This document shows, in pieces, positions 24,726 through 37,037 of a stretch of 64,000 nucleotides of DNA. Where the stretch lies: contig NC_043012.1 of NCBI RefSeq assembly GCF_006345805.1, positions 44,640,001-44,704,000 of the forward strand. The letters run 5' to 3'. The stretch is from Octopus sinensis (lineage: Eukaryota). Position 1 is the first letter of the stretch. Every line of letters starts with the position of its first letter. The position numbers and the translations under genes are program-made. The notes below the pieces were generated by a model. The model made no database searches. It had not been told where the DNA came from and saw nothing but the letters and a program-made list of their open reading frames with translations.

Positions 24726-24809
24726 CTTGGGCTGATGACGGAAATGTTGATAGGAGTATGTATTTCTCGCATCTCTATAGCTAACTAATCCAGAAACGGC
24801 GTTCTCAAG
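24726..24809 (+). ncRNA. Degenerate type I hammerhead ribozyme, relative of the 43984 ribozyme
   Basis: CTTGGG-CTGATGA-CGGA...TCCA-GAAAC-GGC-GTT-CTCAAG; 6-bp stem I; downstream 24885-24965 aligns with 44165-44240. Confidence 0.7.
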
Positions 24810-25026
24810 TAATCGATGTACATGTGATCTTTCGTTATTTTTCCCTCTATACCTACCTTAATTATTTTTGAGTATACATTGTCTGGGAGACTTTTCTTAT
24901 AGTAAGAGGAAATAGCTAAAGTTTTTGGCTGCTATTTCTAAAAGTTCGGTGTGTGATAAAGTAAATTTTTTTTACTGAACCCTAATTATATAACGTAATG
25001 TTTTATATATATATATATATAATATA

Positions 25027-25091
<65 letters not shown>

Positions 25092-25264
25092 GGAGAGAGA
25101 AGAGAGGGAGAGAAAGGGTAAGAGCCGACAGGCAGACAAGGAAGCCAGAATCATATATGGGCTTTTACTGTGTGGGTGAGTAGTGTTATATTTATACGTG
25201 CTTTTCCTGCGCATGCGTGCTTTTGCTGTGAATTTATGTAGTTTAATCCGAGGATATAAAAATG

Positions 25265-25385
25265 CAGCAGATATATGATGAAAGTGTTCTAGTTGCGACC
25301 ATCCCATGTTCTTCATATCTGTCAGGAACCCGCTGTATCTTGGGGACTGAGGAGGATATGACCGCTACCTGTAGCAGATGTGCCT
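25265..25385 (+). repeat. Repeat family E fragment (another at ~26040-26130)
   Basis: GCAGATATATGATGAAAG...GACCATCCCATG motif shared with other E copies. Confidence 0.45.
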
Positions 25386-25511
25386 ACCATGCAAGCATAT
25401 ATAAGACGGTGAGGTAATATTTATCCCCACTTAAATGTGGATCTTCTGTTTGAACAACTTATACTGCAGCGGATACATGAGAGAACCTCTCATATTGGCT
25501 TTTGGTGCACA

Positions 25512-26016
25512 CTTGTTTATGTCACTAGGGGGTGGGGAGATAAATCCCCGCCATCTCCAGCGCCGTGACCCCCAGTCACGTGATTTCGACCTTCCTTGGT
25601 CTCGTCAATGATGGACACTCGACCGCTAAAGACAGCAATGATTCATCTCCCCACCAGCAATATATATAGAAACAGTGTAAGAATAGGCGCTAGAGTTGCG
25701 ATTAGCTAGCGAACTTGTTAAAAAATAAATATTATTCCTCAGTATTGATACTGCCTCTGTCGCTAATATCTATTTATATAAGACAATGGGTTGTGAGTTG
25801 TGTAAGAACTAAGAGGTAAAGTAATCATACTGAATCAAGGACCGCATGTTTCTTTTAAGACAGCAGTGTGTGTGACTTGAGAGAGCGCCTGTTCTGGCAC
25901 TGTTTCTCTAGCGGTGTCCATCATTGACAAGACCAAGGAAGGTCGAAATCCCTTGATCTGGGGGTCACGGCGCTAGAGATGGCGGGGTTTATCTCCCCAC
26001 TAGTGACATAAACAAG
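25512..26016. mobile_element. Non-autonomous TIR element with ~120-bp inverted repeats
   Basis: 25512-25635 (CTTGTTTATGTCACTAG...GACCTTCCTTGGTCTCGTCAATGATGGACAC) pairs with 25900-26016. Confidence 0.85.
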
Positions 26017-26574
26017 CAGTCACCGCTGTTTGTCTATCTGTGTAAGTATTCTTGTGGTTTAGCTCCAGTTAAGCTGTTGTGGAGCAGACATATGATGAAA
26101 GCTATACCAACCGTGACCATACCATGTTGTTCGTAAGTTCGTGTGTGTGTATGTGTATGTGTGTGTATGTGAGCGTGCGCGCGTATTGTGCTATATTGTC
26201 TGTGGGTGTCAGTTTATAGAAAGCTAAAAAACGACAAAATAAACTCGGTTATTAGAATAGATTCACCGATTACTCACCATATATACAATTCAATGTCACT
26301 GTAAGAAGCCTGTAAAGAAGCATCAGTCATATTTTGGTTTCTGCATAATGCGTTGTCTAGTCGCTTTCGACAGACACGTTGCTACATACACAATCATTTA
26401 TGTGTGAAACGTGCGCGCGCACACACACATACGCACACACACACACACACGCATGGTTCAAAATTGAGTGTGTACATCAAGCACACATACATATGAACAT
26501 GCATACACATACGCACACATATAAGCATGTGTCAAAACTGTGTGTATATATTTATATGTATTTATATATACATG

Positions 26575-26615
<41 letters not shown>

Positions 26616-26628
26616 GTATATATATATA

Positions 26629-27040
26629 GGCGCAGGAGTGGCTGTGTGGTAAGTAGATTGTTTACCAACCACATGGTACCGGGTTCAGTACCACTGCGTG
26701 GCACCTTCGGGAAGTGTCTTCTACTATAGCCTCGGGCCGACCAAAGCCTTGTGAGTGGATTTGGTAGACGGAAACTGAAAGAAGCCCGTCGTATATATGT
26801 ATATATATGTATATGTGTGTGTACGTGTATGTTTGTGTTTGTCCCCATTGCTTGACAACCGATGCTGGAGTGTTTATGTCCCCGTCACTTAGCGGTTCGG
26901 CAAAAGAGATCGATAGAATAAGTACTGGGCTTACAAAGAATAAATCCCGGGGTCGAGTTGCTCGATTAAAGGTGGTGCTCCAGCATGGCCGCAGTCAAAT
27001 GACTGAAACAAGTAAAAGAGTAAAAGAGAGAGTAAAAGAG
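26629..27040 (+). mobile_element. SINE family A, best-preserved copy
   Basis: GGCGCAGGAGTGGCTGTGTGGTAAG...GGGTTCAGTACC head; tail AAAGGTGGTGCTCCAGCATGGCCGCAGTCAAATGACTGAAACAAG(TAAAAGAG)n. Confidence 0.92.
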
Positions 27041-27160
<120 letters not shown>

Positions 27161-27204
27161 TATCATATCAATACTAACTATGACTTAATTTTTCCTCTCA
27201 CACC

Positions 27205-27259
27205 GTCTCCGATGAAGGGACATTATTATTAATTAATATCCTGGAAACAGCTGTAAGAT
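27205..27259 (+). ncRNA. Degenerate minimal hammerhead motif in a short (TA)n-flanked insert
   Basis: GTCT-CCGATGA-AGGGA...TCCTG-GAAAC-AGCT-GTA-AGAT; core has U4C; palindrome ACAGCTGT. Confidence 0.55.
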
Positions 27260-27330
27260 CTATCTATAAATGCTCTAATATCATACAGCCTTGGTTTTTT
27301 TTTCATCTCATTACGCAAAAAATTGATAGG

Positions 27331-27381
<51 letters not shown>

Positions 27382-27564
27382 GCCATAGTTACTTCACAGG
27401 TAAATTCTTTGAAGAAAAGACTGTGAAATAGACTTGAGATTGCATCTGTACAAGCTCTGTCTATTCTGGTTTCGAGCAGTCACTGCACATTTTGTTCAGC
27501 TACTGCGCATGTGCAGCCCGTAGTAGTGTCAGAAATATATTTTTCATTATAATGTAACGACATA

Positions 27565-27730
27565 AGGCGGCGAGCTGGCGGAATCGCTAAGTACGCCGAA
27601 CAAAATGCTTAGCGGTATTTTGTCCTTCTTTAAGTCCTGAGTTCAAATTTCGCTGAGGCAGAATTTCCCTTTCATTCTTTCGGGGTCGATAAAATATTTA
27701 CCAGTCAAGTACTGGGGTCAATGTAATCGA
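27565..27730 (+). mobile_element. SINE family B
   Basis: AAGGCGGCGAGCTGGCGGAATCGC...CTGAGTTCAAATTTCGC...CGGGGTCGATAAA. Confidence 0.85.
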
Positions 27731-27766
27731 CCCTGCACCACAACTCACACCATATGATATAGTGGC

Positions 27767-27797
<31 letters not shown>

Positions 27798-28059
27798 CAT
27801 ACATACATACATACATACATGCATACATACATGCAAAATTTTTATATATATATTATTTTTATCTGTAAATGTAATATGGAACAATTATTCGGTAGCCATG
27901 ATAAAACACCGAGTTTCGGATGCCGAGTTGGAAGCTCGGAGTTTTGTCATGGTTACCGAATAATTGTCACATATTACATTTACAGATAAATTCCTCTATT
28001 TACATAATATCGAGGTCTCTTTCATTCTTTTGTTGTCTTACCATTTCTATCAATATATA

Positions 28060-28127
<68 letters not shown>

Positions 28128-28484
28128 ACACACACATATATATATATATATGTATATATGAATTTTTATCTATCTATACATGCATACATACATACATACA
28201 TACATATGTATGTATATATGAATTTGCATGTATGCATTATCTAAGTATACGTATATATATATGTAAATAGGTGTGTTCGTATGGATGTTTGGCTTTGCGA
28301 GTGAAGGGGGATGTCCACGCATGCTGCTGGCTTGCTGAGCTCGATGAGTTCAATACGGAAAAAGTAACTGCTTGGAAAGACGGGCTAGTCATAGTGCCCT
28401 TGTTTTCTCTCCTTTTTCTGTTGTGTGCAAGGATGGTCCAGCACTTGGTTTCAAAGGAGGCTGTTTCCCAATAGACATTGAGAC

Positions 28485-28690
28485 ATCAGGCTTTATGGTG
28501 AGTTATCAGAGGATGTGCAGATTAGTTACGGTTCAGTTCAGCCCATTACGACTGAAGATTTGGGTATGAGACGTGTGTCTGCCAAGTTTGTGCCAAAACC
28601 GCTTTCAGCTGACCCCAAAAGACACTCGGGTCTTAGTTGTACAAGATAACCTTGATTGTGTCGAGAACGATAGGAACTTTTTGAGCAGGT
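28485..28690 (+). mobile_element. mariner transposase fragment
   Basis: ELSEDVQISYGSVQPITTEDLGMRRVSAKFVPKPL, the linker motif equivalent to WVPHEL. Confidence 0.7.
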
Positions 28691-29084
28691 TAGAAAACTG
28701 TTAGAAAGCGGTTAGAAAACTGTTAGAAACCTGTGAAAACACAATAATAATATACACGTGCTGAAACACTTTCTTGAAAAAAAAATTCAATGTAAGGGAG
28801 ATAACAATTAAAAAATTCTGATAAATGATTTGCTCCGATCTGTGTAATTCAAAAATGCACATTGTCCCGCATTATCTCATGTATTCTCATCCAAAATGGA
28901 GACGGTTGCCAGCATTCTCGAAGGTATCGTTTGAAGTTGTGGAGACTGTTTCTTCATGAGACCATTGGTTGTCTTGTTAATCCATAAATAAAGTGCGTGT
29001 GTGTGTACATGTGTATGTAAATGTATATACATTTACACACACACACATATATGCCTATACGTGCATGTACATACATATATATAT

Positions 29085-29191
<107 letters not shown>

Positions 29192-29669
29192 ATATATATA
29201 GATAGAGAGAGAGAGAGAGAAAGACAGAGAGACAGAGATGTATATATGCATGTATACGCGCGCGCGCACACACACACACACACATATATATACGCATACA
29301 TATAGGTATATGAACATGCATATATATATATATATTTGTTCACACAGACTTACTTACAGATAAAGAAAGAAACGGCGAGAAAGGAATATTGTCAATCAAA
29401 TGACAAACGGTGAACTGTGAATGAATGGCAGTTCTATTTAAACAGGCGATGTATTTTTATTGGAGCGACAGCAAAACGTCATATTTTAATGTGGAATTCT
29501 CTCAATGCAGCCCACTATTCCTGACATTGATTATTTACTCGTTTCTTGCCAATATCTTAATTTGTTCTGCAGCCTGTTCTTTTATTCGTAACATTTGTTG
29601 TAAGTACGTGAATGTGTATGTGTGTGTGTGCATGTGTGTGCAGTATGATCCTGCATATGTATATATATA

Positions 29670-30523
29670 TAGCGTGCGATGGGTAAATTGTCACCATTTC
29701 ATATTTTTAATTTCGCGCATTGCTTGTTTTTGATTTTGTCGACTACACTGTATAGTAGGGTCTGTTGGGCACCGTCTGTGAGAGAAACAGTACCATGACG
29801 CAATTCACTCTGCCAGAAATTTGGAAACGACATGCTGTACTGCTGGGCACGCGCGCTGGAAGCTCCATTACGAACATTTCAGAGTGTCTGGGTGTCAATC
29901 TGAGGACATGTACCGAGAGTGATAAAAATCAAATATCCAGTTAACATTATGATGTTTGGAGTGAACACTAGTGATGGCGACGTTGTGTCTTCATTCATCT
30001 TTTCTCACTGCCCCAGACTCAACACAGAGGCCTACATCAAGAGCCTGGAGGAGATTGTCCTGCCCCGGGTCAAGAGAGTAGCTTCTGGAAGACCCTATGT
30101 CTGACAACAGGACTCTGTACCATGCCACACAAGCAAGAGAACCCAGTCATGGCTGTCAGACAATTTCTGCGATCATATCACCCCTAACATCTGGCTACCT
30201 AACTCCCCTGATTGCAACCCCCTTGATTATTATGTGTGGGGCGCAGTTGTGCGAAAGACCAGCAAAACTCCTTGTAGCACCAACAATGAACTGAAAGCAA
30301 GGATTATAGCAGCATTCACCGACATAAAAAAGGAAATCGCCTAGAAGAGTTGCAGGAGATGCCGAAGTCATCTAGAGGCCAATGGCGATTTTATTGAGTA
30401 AATTTACTCTTTAGCATTTCAAGGTATTTTATGTAATTTCGGTAAATATATCTGTTAAAATGAGCTGTGAGTGTTATTTTCATTTTTGCATTATTTAGAC
30501 GACACTTTATTCACCGCACCTGT
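29670..30523 (+). mobile_element. Internally deleted DD37D (maT-like) Tc1/mariner element
   Basis: QQDSVPCHTSKRTQSWLSDNFCDHITPNIWLPNSPDCNPLD has 37 residues between the last two Asp; degenerate TIRs near 29670 and 30523; in-frame stops. Confidence 0.85.
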
Positions 30524-30583
30524 ATATACATACATACATGCATGCATACATACATACATACATACATACATACATACATACAC

Positions 30584-30614
<31 letters not shown>

Positions 30615-30656
30615 TACACACACATATATATGCATTTATTTATGCATATATGTATG

Positions 30657-30740
<84 letters not shown>

Positions 30741-30830
30741 GTATGTATGTATGTGTGTGTGTATACATATATATATAAGAAATTAAAAAAGGAAAATACG
30801 CACACTTACATAGTTTTAATATAATTTTTA

Positions 30831-30868
30831 ATATATCGACCGGTTTCGCTATCACTATTCATGATATT
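30831..30868 (-). ncRNA. Degenerate minimal hammerhead motif in an inverted pLTR upstream of Penelope RT
   Basis: Minus strand ATATC-ATGAATA-GTGATAGC-GAAAC-CG-GTC-GATAT; 5-bp stem I and GUC site in exact register, two core mismatches. Confidence 0.55.
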
Positions 30869-31009
30869 GTGTTTTACTTATTTGAATATATATTTTTTCT
30901 TAAGAAGAAATTTGGTCCATGTTGTGTGTGATGAAATTCACGAGTAAATGACTTCACAAGTTGATAAATAAAGGGAGGTAATTGGTTGTCGTTATTATTG
31001 TTATTGTTG

Positions 31010-31895
31010 TGGGTAAGGGAGATAACTGTTCAGCTTTCGGTAATGGACACAGAACACTATAAAAAACTAGTACTTTCCATACTAGAAAACGAGGCTTTCT
31101 ACGAAAAAATTATAAACTATAAACAACAAAAAACATCCTTAATTCTTCTACATAGAAAAGGCCTGACAGAAAAAGAAACACGAACTTCAAATGTAAACTC
31201 AGTCTTTTTTACGGCCTCCCTAAAATACACAAGAGCAAGATAATCAATGAAGCCTGCAAACAATCACCAGGCAAATATATAAATATCCAAACGCCAGAAG
31301 ACTTGACTTTAAGACCCATTGTAGCTGGGCCGGCCTGTGAAACCCACCGCCTAAGCAATTTTCTAGACATCCTACTGAAACTCTTGCTGAAATACATCAA
31401 AAGCTTCATTAGGGATGGTTTAGACATGTTAGAACACCTACCAAAAACGATTAATGAAGAGGCAATATTGGTTACCCTCGATGTTATCAATTTTTACACC
31501 AACATCCTCCATGACTATGGAATAAAAGCAATTAAATTCTGGTTGGAAAAGTAGCCCGAAGTCCTCCCGGAACGCATAAACCAGATCTTTATTATTGAAT
31601 CCTTAAAATTTATACTTCAGAAGAATTATTTCCTATTTGATGACACATACCATCGTCAGAAATGCGGAATTGTGATGGGGACGAAAGCAGCTCCTGTTCT
31701 TGCGAACCTAATAATGGGTTATTTTGAATTCACCTTATATGAAATATCACTTCAGAAATATGGTTATCCATTTTACCTCTACATAAGAGAAAATTGGAAG
31801 CGATACCTGGATGACTGCTTTATCATCCGGAAGGAGAACATCGACAAACTTTTGGATTTCAAAACAACACTAAATGACATAAATAGTAACTTAAA
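31010..31895 (+). mobile_element. Penelope-like element reverse transcriptase, pseudogenised
   Basis: LRPIVAGPACETHRLSNFLDILL, VTLDVINFYTNI, MGTKAAPVLANLIMGYFE, WKRYLDDCFII are PLE-type RT motifs; frameshifts and TAG at ~31552. Confidence 0.9.
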
Positions 31896-32165
31896 TATAC
31901 ATACATACTTCTCCAGAAGTTCCCTGTTGATGTTTCACGTTTCCAATCCTGCGCAACGCGGCATTGCTCGGCAGCATGTCTGTTTTCTATGTCATCCATG
32001 TCTGAACTATATAATGCTAAATGTTCATACAAAAGAACAAACTGCTGTTGTGACTCACAGCCATTTGAGTTTGACCGCATAACCACTTCCGGAAGCTACG
32101 CTCGCCATTTGCAACTAGTCCTCCCAGAGCTCCCTCCCTCCCCCGTTTAGTCGAACGAGTAAATA

Positions 32166-32647
32166 AGGGGTGTCCCAGAATTAATGATGATTTGAGTGAA
32201 ATCGGATGAATTTTTTAAAAACTCATTTTTTTTCATGTTTATCATGTTCAATATGTGCTAACAGTGTATAAATTTTGAATTTTGTTCATAATTTTATTTT
32301 CGTTCCTGTTGGACCCCTCTTATTTGTCCATGATAGCTTTTTTCAATTTGACAGCAATCATTTTCTTAACCTCCATCTCGAAGATAGAGCAGTCGTTTAG
32401 CTGAGCTTAAAGAGCACATTCAGTTAGCAGTGCAGGAGCTGATTCCTGAAATGCTTCAAAACGTGTTTTCCAGCGCTAAGGAAAGATTGGAAGTATGCAG
32501 GGATACAGACACGTTAAAAAATTTCAATAAAAGTTTGACGTAAGATTTATGAATCTATTTGTTTTGGTAATAAACATAAAATTCTGTCAGTTTTTTAAAA
32601 ATTTGCTCAATTTCATTGAAACAGATAATTAATTTTGGAACACTCTG
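32166..32647 (+). mobile_element. Internally deleted rosa-like Tc1/mariner derivative
   Basis: TIRs AGGGGTGTCCCAGAATTAAT and (rc) CAGAGTGTTCCAAAATTAAT with TA flanks; internal ELKEHIQLAVQELIPEMLQNVFSSAKERLEVC resembles a transposase C-terminus. Confidence 0.7.
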
Positions 32648-32784
32648 TATGGTGTAGCGTTGCTAGTTGTTGCGTTGCTCAAACAAATATTAAAATCAAA
32701 GGTCTTCTCACCGTAAACATCCCATCTTTTTGTTAAGCATATTGTATCAAGGAGTATATCATTCAAAATGTACCTCTCCTTTAT

Positions 32785-32905
32785 AGGCGTGGCTGTGTGG
32801 TTGAGAAGCTTGCTTTCTAACCATGTCGCCTTGGGTTCAGTCCTACTGTGCGGCAAATTGAATCATTCTCTTTCATTACAGCTCCGTGCCAATCAAAGCC
32901 TTATC
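32785..32905 (+). mobile_element. SINE family A head fragment
   Basis: AGGCGTGGCTGTGTGGTTGAGAAGCTTGC...GGGTTCAGTCC. Confidence 0.75.
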
Positions 32906-33148
32906 ATATAATTAACAAACAGAACGTGTGTGAAACTGATCTTTTTTCTACTTCAATTATTACGTTTTTTTTCCTTATAAAATACGCACACACAAGAAGA
33001 GTAAATCTCTATATATAATAACACTTTGAATATGACTTCCAAGAAAGAGTAAAAGTAATTACTCGATCAGCGACTAGTATATGTCTATATATATGCGCTA
33101 GCAGACACACACGTACACAAAGTTATGCATAGCTTTGGATTGAATGCA

Positions 33149-34377
33149 CGTGGGGTGTTCAATATAGTTTTCCCCTGATCCGCTTCCCAAGGACTGGAAT
33201 AAATGAAACTTGGCATAATTATTAATCCTTCTCAAAATAGCCACCACCAGTGGTGATACACTTCTCCCATCGCTTTATGAAGCTGTGAAGACCTCGTGTG
33301 CAGAAGTTGGTAGGTTGTGTCTGGAGCCAATACTTTACCTCGGAAATAAGTTCATCATTCAAAAAGTTCTTCCCCTTCAAAAAAGACTTCATGGTTGGAA
33401 AGAGGTGAAAGTCAGATGGTGGGAGGTCGGAAGAGTAAGAGGAATGAGGAAGTGATTTCATAGCCGCAAGAGTGTGCTTTCACCTGGGCAACATGCGCAC
33501 TGTGAACTGGGTGACTCATTTGGTGAGCATGCTACGCCACTCAACTTTGATGGCGTCTCGCAATTTCTGCAGCTGGGAAGCATTATATGCCCCGTTAATT
33601 GTGGTGTTCTTTGCCAGAAAATCCATCATCACTACTCTGAGTTGGCTCCAAAAGACTGGGCATCACTTTGCCTGCTGAGGATTGGACCTGAGCATTCTTT
33701 GGAGGTGCTTCCATCGCTTCGACTGGACTTAGTCTCAGGATCATAGTGATGGAGCAATGTTTCATCCTGTGTGATAAGTCTGCTGAAAAAGTACTCCTTT
33801 TCTTGGCACATTGCCAAAAGATCCTGGGAGCAATTGACTTGTTCCTGCTTCTGAAAAGGTGTGAACATCTGGAGAATCCATCGGGCAGACAACTTTCGTA
33901 TGTGCAAATGGTTGTGAATGATTTTTTTCCCACAGACCCTACAATTATCTCCACTTCTTGCCGAATAGTTATGCGGCGATCCACTTTATGGATGGTGTCG
34001 TCATCAATGGCGGAGTGTGGTCGTCTAGGAATTAGAGCAGTTTCCACCGATGTCCGACCACATTTGAACTGGCGATGTCAGTGCTTGACTATGACGTATA
34101 ATGGTACATCGTCACCATAAAATTCTTTAATCTCATCGAAAGTTTCTTTTGGTGTACGACCTTTCAAGTATAAGTACCTGATTACTGATCTGCATTCAAC
34201 TGCCTCCATTATAACACTTTAGTCCCTTTCAGCGGCCGTTAAAGACAAACGAATACTAGTGGAAAGCTGCAATTTGCAATGTGACATGTAAAGACATGTA
34301 TGATTATATCTGTAGATATTCCGTTTCCCGCAATAAACGGAACTAGGTCAGGGGAAATCTTTAATGAACACCCTTCG
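33149..34377 (-). mobile_element. Near full-length decayed mariner (DD34D type)
   Basis: ~33-bp TIRs (GGGTGTTCA...TTTCCCCTGA) at both ends; IRKLSARWILQM, LITQDETLLHHYDPETK, PHSSYSSDLPPSDFHLFP, RWEKCI...GGYFEK. Confidence 0.92.
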
Positions 34378-36836
34378 TACAACCACCATTTCGAGAACTG
34401 CTAAATGCCACGAACAATATAACATCCCCAGGTCCAGACAATATCCCTCAAGAATTACAGAAAAACAAACCGGGGTTTCCCTTTTAAAACCAAATCTTGG
34501 ACTCTGATCCCGATAATTCTGGAAAACTTCCCTTCAATCACAGACGTATTGAAAGATGAAGAAAGGAAATCGATAATCTTGTGAGTGTGATCGTAGGGAA
34601 ATTTGTCATGTCTTTTTCATTGAAACAAACTTTCTGAACTGTTTGCGTTCTTGCATTTCCACTCTTCTTGTCTTTAGTTATTTTTACGCCTCCTCCAGAC
34701 AATTCAGATATTATTTGGATAAAGGAATATTTAACATTATCAGAGTTCTATTTCATCGATTCACTGACAGCTAAAGTATCTTGGATCTTTTTAATATATA
34801 AATGTCAAAGCTAAACTCTGTTACACATATTGAGAACTCATTCAATCAGTCAATAAATCCACCAGTGGATACGATCATTTTGGCTTCTCAGTGAATATGT
34901 AGAAAACCAAAGTTCTCATCCTACATTCTTCAAAGAACCAATACCCTTGATACATCTCCCAAGAAGGTTGATTACTTCTTTAACTAACTTGGAAATCTTT
35001 CTAATAGATGTAATTCCGAAAAGTGTGGAACACATAAATTCCGAAAAGTATGTGGATTAGATAATTTAGTAAGTAGAAAACTGGCAAAACCAATCTTTAA
35101 GAACGAAGAAATAATCCCTCACCAAAAATGATGGCCTATGAAGATGTCGTCATATTAACAGTGCAAGATATTGGTACTTATCATCGAGATTACACAAAAG
35201 CTGAAAGGATCCATCAACGAAAGTTCTGCATCATCTTAAATATCTAAAGAAAATTAACAATTTTGCACTCCATAGTGCAAAAACACATAAAAAAAAAACC
35301 CAAAACAAAACTGTCGTAGTATGAAATCAGCCATTATGAAACACCGGCTACAATGGTTGGGACATGTGGTTACAATATATTATACTTTGGATAGAGTTAT
35401 TAACCGCATTAATTCTTTATGCAACGTAATTTTTTAATATATATATAAGGAGTGCCAGATTTAAGAAATTATAAACAGGAACTTCATTTTGGGTAAAAAT
35501 TTGCCAGGCTTTTGATTTTGCTATGAAGTATCATCTATTTAAATACGCAAAATGACAAGATACAGATAGTGACTGAGGTGGCAATTTTATTGCAGTATTG
35601 TAACACATGATGCAAAGTGGGTCACCGGCATTGGTCTTTTATAAATGTCTATGTGTATTGTAATGATCAACGGCACTTCAAAATGTCAATGAATCGAAAT
35701 GCTACACGGAAAGGATATTCGTAAATGGGGATCACTAATGATATCTTAGAAGAAAACTTGAATTACAGCTTTTTGAATAGCAACGAAATCAAGAATAAAA
35801 ATGGCTTGCAGGCAGTGAGGTGGAATAAATCGCTGTTTTTATATCATTTGAAAATCACAACAAACGACTCTAAATTCATTGCTACAGGATATTGTAATAA
35901 AATACATAAAAGCTAAGAAGGAAAAGTCCAAGTAGATCCCTTATTCAAAATGGAAATGTACCTCTCGAAAGAAAGCATGAAAAGAAGTAATCAACTTTCA
36001 AGTAGTTTCGGTAAATGTGAGAAAATTTATAAAGTCAACTATCATTCACCTCAGAGTAGATGTATTATTCATATGAACAGGAAATTTAACTCTGTTTCAG
36101 CTACCGCTTCGAACATTTAAAAATTCATTTATACTCCTAATAATTTTGAGAAAGGCATGTATGTCATTCAACCCCATTTCATCTTACGTAGATCACAATT
36201 CCTTTGACTTCGTAAGAAATCAATAATTTTTATGTGAACAATAGTCGCTAAAACCGCGACGAAAAGCTATTAATTCATGTTAATTAAATAAAAGCTCTGT
36301 ATTAATTGATTTTTAAATAAATGTTTTATGAATGTTGTGAATATTTAGATTAAGAAAAGTTCGATCGTTATCAGAATAAATTAATACTTGTTTTTCACAT
36401 AATTCGCTACAAGAATCATTCTGATGTTTGGTGTGATGATTCCATTGTTTAGATTTAGGATTCTGTGTTACTATACCTACTATTATTTGATAAACGTTCT
36501 GGGAATCTATTCAACGCCAGTCAAGAAATTAAGAGTGGTGATAGCTGACACAATGGATTGTAGCAGCAGAGTTGACAAAGTCAAATCTAAATTTAGCAAA
36601 CCCATTAGCACCAAGTAAATGATCAAATTCAACAAAAATCATTAACGACTCTCATAAACCCATTACCATCATGCTTATCAAAATAAATCCACAAGCGTTT
36701 TAGAAATACCTATCCTTACTTCTAAATAAAACAAATCGAATCATTCTTCGAATAGAATGTTATTGAAAAGTCAAAACCTCTCAGACCAACGTATTGGATG
36801 ATGTAAAATAACATATATACTCTCACATATATACTC

Positions 36837-36867
<31 letters not shown>

Positions 36868-36999
36868 CATACATACATACATACATACATACATACATAC
36901 ATACTTACATACATACACACACATACACACACACAAACATACATACATATACACACAAACTTATACTGACACGCAAACATATGCATTTGTGCGTAGAGA

Positions 37000-37037
<38 letters not shown>

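Noticed and set aside
33005-33080. Mini-Helitron (TC...CTAG-T)
   Set aside because: Helitron-like start but no convincing 3' hairpin, and too short to judge
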